Below the pieces are notes generated by a model. It did no database searches. It saw only the letters and a program-made list of their open reading frames with translations, and was not told where the DNA came from. Position numbers and translations under genes: made by a program. Shown piece after piece: positions 20,185 to 29,196 of a stretch of 64,000 bases of DNA. The DNA comes from Rhodobiaceae bacterium. GTDB lineage: Bacteria > Pseudomonadota > Alphaproteobacteria > RS24. The first letter of the stretch is position 1; the number at the start of each line of letters is the position of its first letter. The DNA is taken from contig JABHDF010000034.1 of NCBI GenBank assembly GCA_018673175.1, positions 7,931-71,930 on the forward strand. The letters are read 5' to 3'.

Positions 20185-21345
20185 ATGACCGAGACGACAA
20201 AAACATCCTCGACCCAAAAGCCCGGCGCGCCGGAGCCCGAAACCGTGCGCGTGGCGCTGGGCCCGCGCAGCTATGACATCGTCATTGGCGCCGACCTCTT
20301 GAGCCAGGCAGGCGCCTATATTGCGCCGCTTCTGCCGCGCCCCAAGAGCGTGATTGTGACCGATACAAATGTCGCCAAAGCGCATTTAAAAACGCTGCAA
20401 ACCTCTTTGGAGGCGGCGGGTATCGAACAGGCTCATTACGTTGTGCCGGCGGGCGAAGCGTCGAAAAACTTCTCGCAGCTTGAGCAATTGTGCGACTGGT
20501 TGTTGAGCCAAAAAATCGAACGAGAAGATTGCGTCATCGCTCTGGGCGGCGGCGTGATTGGCGACCTAACCGGGTTTGCCGCCGCTATTTTGCGCCGTGG
20601 CACGCGCTTTATTCAAATTCCCACCACGCTGTTGGCGCAAGTCGACAGCTCCATCGGTGGCAAGACAGCGGTCAATTCGTCGCTGGGCAAAAACCTCATC
20701 GGTGCCTTTCATCAGCCCGACCTCGTGCTGGCCGATATGGATGTTTTGAAAACCTTGCCCGAGCGCGAGCTGCGCGCCGGCTATGCCGAAATTGTTAAAT
20801 ATGGCGCGCTGGGTGATATCGAATTTTTCGACTGGTTAGAAACCAACGGCCAAAAAGTTTTAGCGCTCGACACAAAAAGCGTGGCGCATGCGGTGGCCCA
20901 AAGCTGCCGCGCCAAAGCTGCCATTGTGGCGCGCGATGAACGCGAAGCGGGCGAGCGAGCCTTGCTAAACCTCGGCCATACATTCGGCCATGCGTTTGAA
21001 AAAATAACTGGCTATGGCGATGCTTTGCTGCATGGCGAAGCGGTGGCCTATGGCATGGTTTTGGCGTTTGCTTTCTCGGCTCATCGCGGCGACTGCGACG
21101 GGTCAGACGCGACCCGTTTGCGGGCGCATCTAGAGGCCTGTGGCCTGCCCGCCACGATGGCGCAAGTCGGCAATGGCGCGTTTGATGTGGACGCGTTAAT
21201 CGACGCCATGGGGCAAGATAAAAAAGTCAAAGCCGGTAAAATGCGTTTCATTTTGGCACGCGCGCTAGGCGATACCTATATCGCTGAAGATGTAAGCGCG
21301 GAGGCCTTACACCCCTTCTTAATAGCGCAAGGAGCGCGTCCCTAA
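20185..21345 (+). CDS. aroB: 3-dehydroquinate synthase
   Basis: ALGGGVIGDLTGF, PTTLLAQVDSSIGGK, GKNLIGAFHQP, LNLGHTFGHA, HGEAV. Confidence 0.98.
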   Translation: MTETTKTSSTQKPGAPEPETVRVALGPRSYDIVIGADLLSQAGAYIAPLLPRPKSVIVTDTNVAKAHLKTLQTSLEAAGIEQAHYVVPAGEASKNFSQLEQLCDWLLSQKIEREDCVIALGGGVIGDLTGFAAAILRRGTRFIQIPTTLLAQVDSSIGGKTAVNSSLGKNLIGAFHQPDLVLADMDVLKTLPERELRAGYAEIVKYGALGDIEFFDWLETNGQKVLALDTKSVAHAVAQSCRAKAAIVARDEREAGERALLNLGHTFGHAFEKITGYGDALLHGEAVAYGMVLAFAFSAHRGDCDGSDATRLRAHLEACGLPATMAQVGNGAFDVDALIDAMGQDKKVKAGKMRFILARALGDTYIAEDVSAEALHPFLIAQGARP

Positions 21346-22619
21346 TGGATGGTTTTTCCGCCGGACTGATTTGGACCGCTGGGCTGATTTTCTTTCTTCT
21401 GGTGCTTTCGGCATTTCTGTCGGGGTCGGAAACCGCGCTGACCGCCACCAGCAAAGCGCGCATGTTGCATTTGCAACAAGAAGGCAAACGCCGGGCCCGT
21501 TGGGTTATCGTTTTGCTCGAGCAAAAAGAACGCCTGCTTGGCGCCATTCTGCTTGGCAATAATCTGGTCAATATTATGGCCTCGGCGCTGGCGACGCGCG
21601 TGTTCCTCGAAGTCTTTGGCGAGAGCGGCGTGGTCTATGCAACCCTCATGATGACCGTTTTGGTAGTTATCTTCGCCGAAGTTCTGCCCAAGACCTATGC
21701 CATATTAGCGCCCGATGCCACGGCCTTGCGCGCCTCTGGGCCGTTGCGGGTTTTGGTATTTGTTTTGGCGCCCATCACCATTGCCTTGGCGTTTATTTCG
21801 CGAACCATTTTGCGGGTCACAGGCCTTGCCAAAAGCGCCAGCCTGAGCCTTGTGCCAGCGGTGGAAGAAATTCGCGGCGCCATTGATTTGCACCACCAAG
21901 AAGGTGCCGTGCATAAAGGCGACCGAGATATGCTGGGCGGCATTCTCGATCTTGGCGATACGCAGGTCGAAGAAATTATGATCCCTCGCAACGCGATGGA
22001 GACCATAGATGTCAGCCAGCCGAGTGATGATATCGTCAAACAAGTTTTGGCCAGCCCCTACACGCGCATTCCGCTTTGGCGCGATGACCCCGAAAATATT
22101 ATCGGCGTGTTGCACGCCAAAGATTTGCTGCGCGCGCTGGCCACCAATCCGGTGGGGCCGGCTGGCATCGACATTGCCAATATTGCCATCCCGCCGTGGT
22201 TCGTGCCCGAGACCACTTCCTTGAGCGAACAGTTAAATGCGTTTCGCACACGCAAAGCGCATTTCGCCCTCGTGGTCGATGAATATGGCGCCATTATGGG
22301 TATTGTGACGATGGAAGATATTCTCGAAGAAATCGTCGGCTCCATCGACGATGAACACGACCGCCCCGACACAATGTTGCGGCGCAAACCCGACGGTACG
22401 CTGGAAGTTGCGGGCGCGCTATCCATCCGCGATTTAAACCGCGAAATGGGCTGGAGCCTGCCCGATAGCGAGGCCAGCTCGGTCGCCGGACTGATTATCC
22501 ACGAAGCCCGCGTTATTCCTGAGATTGGCCAAGTGTTTGAGTTTCACGGCGCCAGGTTTCGTATTATGAGCCGTCAGCAAAATAGAATTTTGCAAGTCCG
22601 CATCACCAAAGCCGATTAA
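21345..22619 (+). CDS. HlyC/CorC (CNNM) family transporter with CBS pair
   Basis: SAFLSGSETA, LLGNNLVNI, FAEVLPK, VVDEYG...GIVTMEDILEEIVG. Confidence 0.92.
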   Translation: MDGFSAGLIWTAGLIFFLLVLSAFLSGSETALTATSKARMLHLQQEGKRRARWVIVLLEQKERLLGAILLGNNLVNIMASALATRVFLEVFGESGVVYATLMMTVLVVIFAEVLPKTYAILAPDATALRASGPLRVLVFVLAPITIALAFISRTILRVTGLAKSASLSLVPAVEEIRGAIDLHHQEGAVHKGDRDMLGGILDLGDTQVEEIMIPRNAMETIDVSQPSDDIVKQVLASPYTRIPLWRDDPENIIGVLHAKDLLRALATNPVGPAGIDIANIAIPPWFVPETTSLSEQLNAFRTRKAHFALVVDEYGAIMGIVTMEDILEEIVGSIDDEHDRPDTMLRRKPDGTLEVAGALSIRDLNREMGWSLPDSEASSVAGLIIHEARVIPEIGQVFEFHGARFRIMSRQQNRILQVRITKAD

Positions 22620-22918
22620 TCGTCTTGGCGCTCGCGTGCGGCTTCTTCTGGAGATTTTAATTTCAAGGCCAGCGCATGCACGCTGGCTTCCAGCTCGGCT
22701 TTCAACACATCCATAACGCCGCGTTGGCGCTGCAGGCGCGAGACACCGTCAAACTGAGCCGCGACCATGCGCACCCGAAAATGCGTCTCGCCCGATTGCC
22801 CGTCTGCGGTTGGCTCGACGCCCGCATGGCCAGCATGCAAATGCGACTCGTCGATGACCTCCAAATGGTCTGGGGCATAGGTTTTGGTTAATTTTTCTTC
22901 TATGGTCTTGCGTATCAT
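22616..22918 (-). CDS. bolA: BolA family protein
   Basis: DESHLHAGHAG, GETHF, F.GVSRLQRQR, VHAL; start approximate. Confidence 0.9.
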   Translation of the reverse strand: MIRKTIEEKLTKTYAPDHLEVIDESHLHAGHAGVEPTADGQSGETHFRVRMVAAQFDGVSRLQRQRGVMDVLKAELEASVHALALKLKSPEEAARERQDD

Positions 22919-23089
22919 CGTCAGGTCTCTAAATATGGGGGCGAAAACTACGGGGTGGTGTTTGGCTTTCTCGAAAACCAGCATATATATCGTCGTAGCA
23001 CTTTATATCGCGTTTTCACAAACGGAGCGAGCATCGCAAGCAATTTTGCTATAGTCTTGGCGCCGTAATAAACCACAGTTGGAGCGTTC

Positions 23090-23692
23090 ATGAACTTGAA
23101 CTCGAAATATTTTGATAGTATCCGCGCCTCGCGCAAAAACGATAAGCGCGTGCAAGTCTCCAAAAAAGTGGCTTGCGACTGGCCGGAGTGCAAAGAAGAG
23201 GCGGGCTACCCAGCCCCCACTGGCGCGCGCGAAAGCGACGGCGAAGCCAAGCATCGCAATTTTTGCTTCGCTCATGTGAAGCAATATAACCGTAGCTTCA
23301 ATTATTTCGAAGGCATGACGGAAGAAGATTCAGAAAGCTTCCGCCGCGCCGCCAGAACCGGCCATCGCCCCACATGGTCGATGGGCACAAGGCGCGCGCG
23401 CGGTACCAAGGCCGAAGATTGGCAATTCCATGACCCCTTGGAGCTCATGTCGCATGAAGGCAATGGCGCCAAAGAAAAGAAACGCGCCTCGAAAGTCACC
23501 TCTGGCCAAGAACGGGCGCTTTCTGTGTTGGAGCTGCCTACCAGCGCCAAACCAGAAGATGTACGCAAACGCTATAAAGCTCTGGTGAAACAATATCACC
23601 CAGACGCCAATGGCGGCGAGCGCACCCATGAAGAGCAACTGCAAAGAGTCATTCAAGCGCATGATTATTTAAAAGCTTCGGGCTTTTGCTAG
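23090..23692 (+). CDS. J-domain protein with N-terminal Cys/His cluster
   Basis: CDWPEC...FC.AHV..YN...NYF at the N-terminus; C-terminal J domain YK.LVK.YHPD.NGG. Confidence 0.88.
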   Translation: MNLNSKYFDSIRASRKNDKRVQVSKKVACDWPECKEEAGYPAPTGARESDGEAKHRNFCFAHVKQYNRSFNYFEGMTEEDSESFRRAARTGHRPTWSMGTRRARGTKAEDWQFHDPLELMSHEGNGAKEKKRASKVTSGQERALSVLELPTSAKPEDVRKRYKALVKQYHPDANGGERTHEEQLQRVIQAHDYLKASGFC

Positions 23693-23752
23693 TCGCCGCT
23701 ATCTAACCCCCTAATCTAACATCGTTAAAATTAAGAATTTTCGGAGATTTCC

Positions 23753-24766
23753 ATGAGTAATTCGGCACAAGATAACATCGCCCCCAACGCGTCTATGCCT
23801 GACGCGCCAGACACAACCGTGAATGCGCGTGACGTATTCGGCATTGATCTGGACATGCAAGTCCCCGCCTTTAAAGAGCGCAGCGAGCATGTGCCTGAAA
23901 TCGATGAAAATTATTTATTCGACCGCCAGACCACTTTGGCGCTGCTGGCAGGCTTTACCCATAACCGCCGCGTCATGGTGCAGGGGTATCACGGCACAGG
24001 TAAATCGACCCATATCGAACAAGTTGCGGCCCGCCTCAATTGGCCATGTGTGCGCGTCAACCTAGACAGCCACGTCAGCCGCATCGATCTGGTCGGCAAG
24101 GACGCGATTGTTTTGAAAGACGGCAAGCAAGTGACCGAGTTCCAACAAGGCATTCTGCCTTGGGCCCTGCAAAATCCCGTCGCTCTGGTGTTTGACGAAT
24201 ATGATGCGGGTCGCCCCGACGTGATGTTTGTTATCCAACGGGTGTTGGAAGTGGCAGGTAAATTGACCCTGCTCGACCAAAACAAAGTGATCCGTCCAAA
24301 CCCGCATTTTCGTCTGTTCGCGACGACCAACACCATTGGTCTTGGCGATACGTCAGGTCTGTATCACGGCACGCAGCAAATCAACCAAGGCCAGATGGAC
24401 CGTTGGAACATCGTCACAACCTTGAACTATCTGCCGCATGAACGCGAAACAGATATTGTGCACGCCAAAGCCCCTGGCTATGAGGGTGCCGAAGGGCGCG
24501 AAAAAATCGCTGCCATGGTGCGCGTGGCGGACTTAACCCGCGCCTCGTTTGTGAACGGCGATATCTCCACCCTGATGAGCCCGCGTACGGTGCTGACCTG
24601 GGCCGAGAACGCGAGCATTTTAGGCCAAGACATCGCGCTGGCCTTCCAACTAACTTTCTTGAACAAATGCGATGAATTGGAACGCCCCACGGTAGCCGAA
24701 TTTTATCAGCGTTGCTTTGGCGATGATTTGCCCCAGGACGCGATTTCGGTTCTTGCTGGCAACTAG
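23753..24766 (+). CDS. cobS: CobS-family MoxR-type AAA+ ATPase
   Basis: [53 protein letters not shown]. Confidence 0.95.
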   Translation: MSNSAQDNIAPNASMPDAPDTTVNARDVFGIDLDMQVPAFKERSEHVPEIDENYLFDRQTTLALLAGFTHNRRVMVQGYHGTGKSTHIEQVAARLNWPCVRVNLDSHVSRIDLVGKDAIVLKDGKQVTEFQQGILPWALQNPVALVFDEYDAGRPDVMFVIQRVLEVAGKLTLLDQNKVIRPNPHFRLFATTNTIGLGDTSGLYHGTQQINQGQMDRWNIVTTLNYLPHERETDIVHAKAPGYEGAEGREKIAAMVRVADLTRASFVNGDISTLMSPRTVLTWAENASILGQDIALAFQLTFLNKCDELERPTVAEFYQRCFGDDLPQDAISVLAGN

Positions 24767-24775
24767 GAAAATCCG

Positions 24776-26740
24776 ATGAGCGAAAAATCACCGGTTGAGG
24801 AATTTAAACGCGCCCTGACGCAGACCATGCGCTCGATTGCCGAAGAGGCAGAGCTATCGGTCAGCTTTGGCTCGGAAAAACCCGTTTTGGCGGGTTTGAA
24901 AGCGCGCCTGCCCCAACCCACGCGCGACCTCGACCCGGCCGATATGCAAAATGTGCGCGGCCAATCAGATAGTTTCGCGCTGCATTTGGCTCATAATGAC
25001 GCTGCGATATCCCTCGATATGGCGCCCAGCGAAACCGATGCGCGCGCTGTATTTGAGGCGGCAGAAACCGCCCGTTGCGAGTCGCTTGGCTCGCGCGCCA
25101 TGGCCGGCGTCGGGCAAAACATTGTTGCCATGCATGAGCAACGTTGCCAAAAATTGGGCCTCTCCGAAACCACCACGCGCGACGACGCCCCGCTCGAAGA
25201 AGCGCTGGGCTTTATGGTGCGCGAACAATTGACCGGCCTTACGCCCCCGCCCTCGGCTATGGGCGTGGTGTCGGCTTGGCGCGATTGGGTAGACGAGCGT
25301 GTGGGCGATAAAATCGGCGGGCTCGAAGCCGTGATGCAAGACCAACGCGCCTTTGGCGAATTAACCCGAGATATTTTGGTCGACCTCGAGCTGATGCAAG
25401 CGTCGGGCGAAGACCAAGAAGGCGACGGCGAAGAAGGCGATGGCCAAGACGGTGACGACGGCGAGCAAGATGGCGAAGGCGGGCAATCCGAGGGCCAAGA
25501 AGGCATGTCGGCCGACGATATGGAAATTGGCGACGAAGCCATGGAAGAAGGCGACGAGCAAACGGTCCAAATGGAAGGCGAGGAAATCGAAGGCGAGGGC
25601 GAAGGCGAAGAAGCTGGCGAAGCGGCCGACCCTTACGCGCCCGATGGCGAGCTGAACCCCGAGAAGTCTGCCTATAGTATTTTCACGTCTAAGTTCGACG
25701 AGACCATTGAGGCCGAAGAGCTATGCGACCAAGAAGAGCTAGAGCGTCTGCGCGCCTATCTCGACCAGCAATTGCAACAAATGCAGGGCGTGGTGGCACG
25801 CCTCGCCAATCGGTTACAGCGCCGCTTACAGGCCAAGCAGAACCGCACTTGGGAATTTGACCTAGAAGAAGGCTACCTCGACCCAGCGCGTCTCTCGCGC
25901 ATTATTATGGATCCGATGCAGCCGCTATCTTTCAAAATGGAAAGCGACACAAAGTTTCGCGACACCGTCGTGACCCTGCTCATCGACAACTCTGGTTCGA
26001 TGCGTGGACGCCCCATTACGGTGGCTGCCATGTGCGCCGATATTTTGGCCCGCACGCTAGAGCGGTGCAATGTGAAGACCGAGATTTTGGGCTTTACCAC
26101 CCGCGCCTGGAAAGGCGGCCAGTCGCGCGAAGTTTGGATGAGCAATGGCAAGCCCAGTCACCCAGGCCGCTTGAACGACTTACGCCATATTATTTACAAA
26201 GGCGCAGACGCCCCATGGCGGCGCGCGCGCAAAAACCTTGGGCTGATGATGCGCGAAGGTCTTTTGAAAGAGAACATTGATGGCGAAGCGCTGATCTGGG
26301 CGCACAACCGCCTCTTGGCCCGCCCCGAGCAACGCCGCATTTTAATGGTTATCTCGGATGGCGCGCCGGTCGATGATTCCACGTTGAGCGTCAACGCTGG
26401 CAATTATCTGGAAAAACATTTGCGCAATGTCATCGAAGACATTGAAACCCAATCGCCGGTCGAGCTTATCGCCATTGGCATTGGCCATGATGTGACGCGC
26501 TATTACCGCCGCGCGGTAACCATTGTCGACGCCGAGCAATTGGGCGGCGCCATGACCGATAAGCTGGCAGAATTATTCGATGAGAATGACGGCGAGAAAA
26601 AACCCGAAAAAGGCATGAACACAGGCGCCTTAAAAGCCGGCTCCAAGCCCATGCCCTCGAGTGGTGCGGGCGGTGGCGCCAGTCGTAGACGCGCTGGCGT
26701 GCGCACAAGCGCGGTTCCCGTTCGGGGCGCCAGTAGCTAA
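24776..26740 (+). CDS. cobT: CobT-family VWA protein
   Basis: Acidic E/D/G linker, MIDAS motif [39 protein letters not shown]. Confidence 0.95.
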   Translation: MSEKSPVEEFKRALTQTMRSIAEEAELSVSFGSEKPVLAGLKARLPQPTRDLDPADMQNVRGQSDSFALHLAHNDAAISLDMAPSETDARAVFEAAETARCESLGSRAMAGVGQNIVAMHEQRCQKLGLSETTTRDDAPLEEALGFMVREQLTGLTPPPSAMGVVSAWRDWVDERVGDKIGGLEAVMQDQRAFGELTRDILVDLELMQASGEDQEGDGEEGDGQDGDDGEQDGEGGQSEGQEGMSADDMEIGDEAMEEGDEQTVQMEGEEIEGEGEGEEAGEAADPYAPDGELNPEKSAYSIFTSKFDETIEAEELCDQEELERLRAYLDQQLQQMQGVVARLANRLQRRLQAKQNRTWEFDLEEGYLDPARLSRIIMDPMQPLSFKMESDTKFRDTVVTLLIDNSGSMRGRPITVAAMCADILARTLERCNVKTEILGFTTRAWKGGQSREVWMSNGKPSHPGRLNDLRHIIYKGADAPWRRARKNLGLMMREGLLKENIDGEALIWAHNRLLARPEQRRILMVISDGAPVDDSTLSVNAGNYLEKHLRNVIEDIETQSPVELIAIGIGHDVTRYYRRAVTIVDAEQLGGAMTDKLAELFDENDGEKKPEKGMNTGALKAGSKPMPSSGAGGGASRRRAGVRTSAVPVRGASS

Positions 26741-26768
26741 CAAGTAAATTAGAAAATCCGAGAGAGGA

Positions 26769-27050
26769 TTAGGCTGTTTTAGCGTTTACCAGCTTCTTCA
26801 GCTTCAAAGCGCGCGACGACAATTGTGCGTCTTTGGCTTTCATCAAGAAGGCGTCGATACCCCCGATATGCTCTACCGAGCGCAAAGCGCTGGCCGAGAT
26901 ACGAAGTTTCAACGCGCGTCCCAGCGTTTCGCTAGGCAAGCTGCATTGCTGCAGGTTCGGCAGAAAACGACGACGCGTACGGTTCATAGCATGGCTAACA
27001 TTGTTGCCACTCATTACAGATTTGCCAGTCAGTTCGCATACACGTGACAT
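26769..27050 (-). CDS. rpmB: 50S ribosomal protein L28
   Basis: [10 protein letters not shown]...[18 protein letters not shown]. Confidence 0.97.
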   Translation of the reverse strand: MSRVCELTGKSVMSGNNVSHAMNRTRRRFLPNLQQCSLPSETLGRALKLRISASALRSVEHIGGIDAFLMKAKDAQLSSRALKLKKLVNAKTA

Positions 27051-27127
27051 CGGTCACTCCTATTCATTTCGTTAAAAACTAGAGCCTTTGGCCTACTCAT
27101 GCAGGCGGTGCCCCGTTTCAAGCCTTT

Positions 27128-27156
27128 GATATAGAAAACCACCCGCTTTGCGTCAA
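27128..27156 (-). promoter_or_regulatory. putative sigma70 promoter of rpmB
   Basis: TTGACG-N17-TATATC on the minus strand. Confidence 0.6.
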
Positions 27157-27162
27157 GCGGTT

Positions 27163-27651
27163 TTAGCTCTCCTTCGAAACTTTCGCCATGCCCGCCTTGG
27201 CGCCATGGTTGGCATCGAGAACAATATTGGTAATTTTAAAAATGCCACTACCGGTAATCACAGGCCCGTCTTTGCCAACCAATTGACCGCTCACAAAGCC
27301 CGTGCTTTTGGTGGCGCGGGTGCATTGGCCTTCGCAAATCAAAAAGTCGCCCAATTGACCCGGTGCCAAAAAGTCGAAATTGAAGCTGACCGAAGGCGTA
27401 AACCGCGCGCCGCCCATATGATTGTGCAGCGCAAAGGCAAGCCCCACATCCATCACCGTCATCAGCATGCCGCCATGGCAGATGCCGGCCGGATTGCACA
27501 TATGCTGTTGTACCTCAAACCCCAATTGCTGATCGCCGGTCTCGAGGCTGCCACGGATGTAAATCGGGCCGACATGCTGGGTAAAATGCGCGTCGAGATG
27601 ATCAAACATGCAGTCAAAGTCTAGCTCGCTCCAGCCATCTGGAACGCTCAT
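27163..27651 (-). CDS. PaaI family hotdog thioesterase
   Basis: HMCNPAGICHGGMLMTVMD motif; ATGA overlap with the upstream acyl-CoA dehydrogenase. Confidence 0.85.
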   Translation of the reverse strand: MSVPDGWSELDFDCMFDHLDAHFTQHVGPIYIRGSLETGDQQLGFEVQQHMCNPAGICHGGMLMTVMDVGLAFALHNHMGGARFTPSVSFNFDFLAPGQLGDFLICEGQCTRATKSTGFVSGQLVGKDGPVITGSGIFKITNIVLDANHGAKAGMAKVSKES

Positions 27652-28934
27652 GATTTGGTCTCCTTGGCGGGTTGAATAAAGCCAAATAAATGTGCCGCCA
27701 CTTTGCGGATTTGTATCTCTTCCGAACCTTCGGTAATGCGGTAGCGACGGTGATGGCGATAAATATGCTCGAACGGCATATGGCGCGAATAGCCAATGCC
27801 ACCATGGGTCTGAATGGCTTGGTCTGCGGCCTCGCAAACCAAACGATTGGCGCGGTAATTGCACATAGACACTTTATCTGACAGATAAATCGCCACTTCG
27901 GGTTTGCTCATCGTGTCCATTTGCGCCGCGGTTTTATAAACCAAATTGCGGATCATCTCATTTTCTGTATGCAGCTCGGTGAGCGGAAACTGAATGGCCT
28001 GATTGGTCGCCAAGGGTTTGCCGAACGGGGCGCGGGTTTTGGCATAGGCGACGCTTTCATTAATGCAATATTGCGCCGCCCCCACGCCGCTGGCCGCTTG
28101 GCGAATACGGTTTTCATGAACAAAATGCTGTGCCAAAGCCAAGCCATTGTCGGGCGCGCCAAATATCGCGCTCTCGGGCACCCAAATATTGGTAAACGAT
28201 ACGCGCGGGTGGTCGGTCGGCATATTAAAGGTCCACATATATTCTTCGATTTTGACCCCGGGGTCATCGGCAGGTACCAAAAAGCAGGTGATGCCGCGCG
28301 CCGCACCATCTTCGCCAGAGGTGCGCGCAAATACCATCACATGACTGGCAACATGCATGCCGGTCGTCCACATTTTTTCGCCATTGATGAGCCAGCCATC
28401 GACGCCATCGCGGGTCTCGCGCACGCCGCGCGTTTCCATCCACGTGGCATCCGAGCCATGCGCCGCTTCGGTAAGCCCGAAGCAAATGCGGTGGGTGCCA
28501 CCCAACATGCCGTTAATGAATGTGTCCGCCTGTTCGGGCGTGCCGAAATCCCGAAACATCAAAACTTGGGGTATATTGCCAACAATCGAGCTTTCATTTT
28601 GCAAATCATTATGTAGCCCCAAACCTTTGGCGGCCAAATGCTCGCGAATAACGGCCATGGCTAAATTAGAACCATCCGCGCCGCCATATTCTTTCGGCAG
28701 AGCAAAGCGCAAATGCCCTGCTTTATCGGCGCGACGGCGCATTTCGCGCAACAGCTCTTCCCACTCGGGGCGCGGCAGGCCGTTATTGTCCCAATCGGTG
28801 CGCGCGTGTTCGCGGCGATGGTCAAAAAACCGGTTGTTATCGTCCTGCATCTGCAGCGGTGTAATTTCGTCGTCGATGAACTTATCCAGAACCGCCAAAT
28901 AAGCGCGGATATCATCAGGAATCTCGTAATCCAT
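27648..28934 (-). CDS. acyl-CoA dehydrogenase family protein
   Basis: FGLTE..HGSDA, INGEKMWT, R.PFGKPLA.NQAIQF, AIQ.HGGIGYS, RITEGSEEIQ. Confidence 0.92.
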   Translation of the reverse strand: MDYEIPDDIRAYLAVLDKFIDDEITPLQMQDDNNRFFDHRREHARTDWDNNGLPRPEWEELLREMRRRADKAGHLRFALPKEYGGADGSNLAMAVIREHLAAKGLGLHNDLQNESSIVGNIPQVLMFRDFGTPEQADTFINGMLGGTHRICFGLTEAAHGSDATWMETRGVRETRDGVDGWLINGEKMWTTGMHVASHVMVFARTSGEDGAARGITCFLVPADDPGVKIEEYMWTFNMPTDHPRVSFTNIWVPESAIFGAPDNGLALAQHFVHENRIRQAASGVGAAQYCINESVAYAKTRAPFGKPLATNQAIQFPLTELHTENEMIRNLVYKTAAQMDTMSKPEVAIYLSDKVSMCNYRANRLVCEAADQAIQTHGGIGYSRHMPFEHIYRHHRRYRITEGSEEIQIRKVAAHLFGFIQPAKETKS

Positions 28935-29075
28935 AAAACTCTCCCTTTGGGCGGAAATCATGCGCGAGCCAAACAAATCTGGCAAGCGTCTTCTCGGGCT
29001 TAATCGGCGCACCCACTAGATGTAGGCGTGAACAGATAGGGGGAAGCTACTATGGTAGTGATTCGGACACGCTAT

Positions 29076-29090
29076 GTTCGCCCCCTGTTC
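29076..29090. promoter_or_regulatory. alphaproteobacterial LexA (SOS) box
   Basis: Exact GTTC-N7-GTTC (GTTCgccccctGTTC) in the intergenic region upstream of the helicase. Confidence 0.62.
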
Positions 29091-29196
29091 ATGGCAAAGC
29101 GCCAAAACTGATTCGTCCACAGCCCTCGCCACCGAATGAGGAGAATTACGCGCCACGTGCTTGCAAAACCAGGCGCGCTTGGTCATGGTGATCGCT

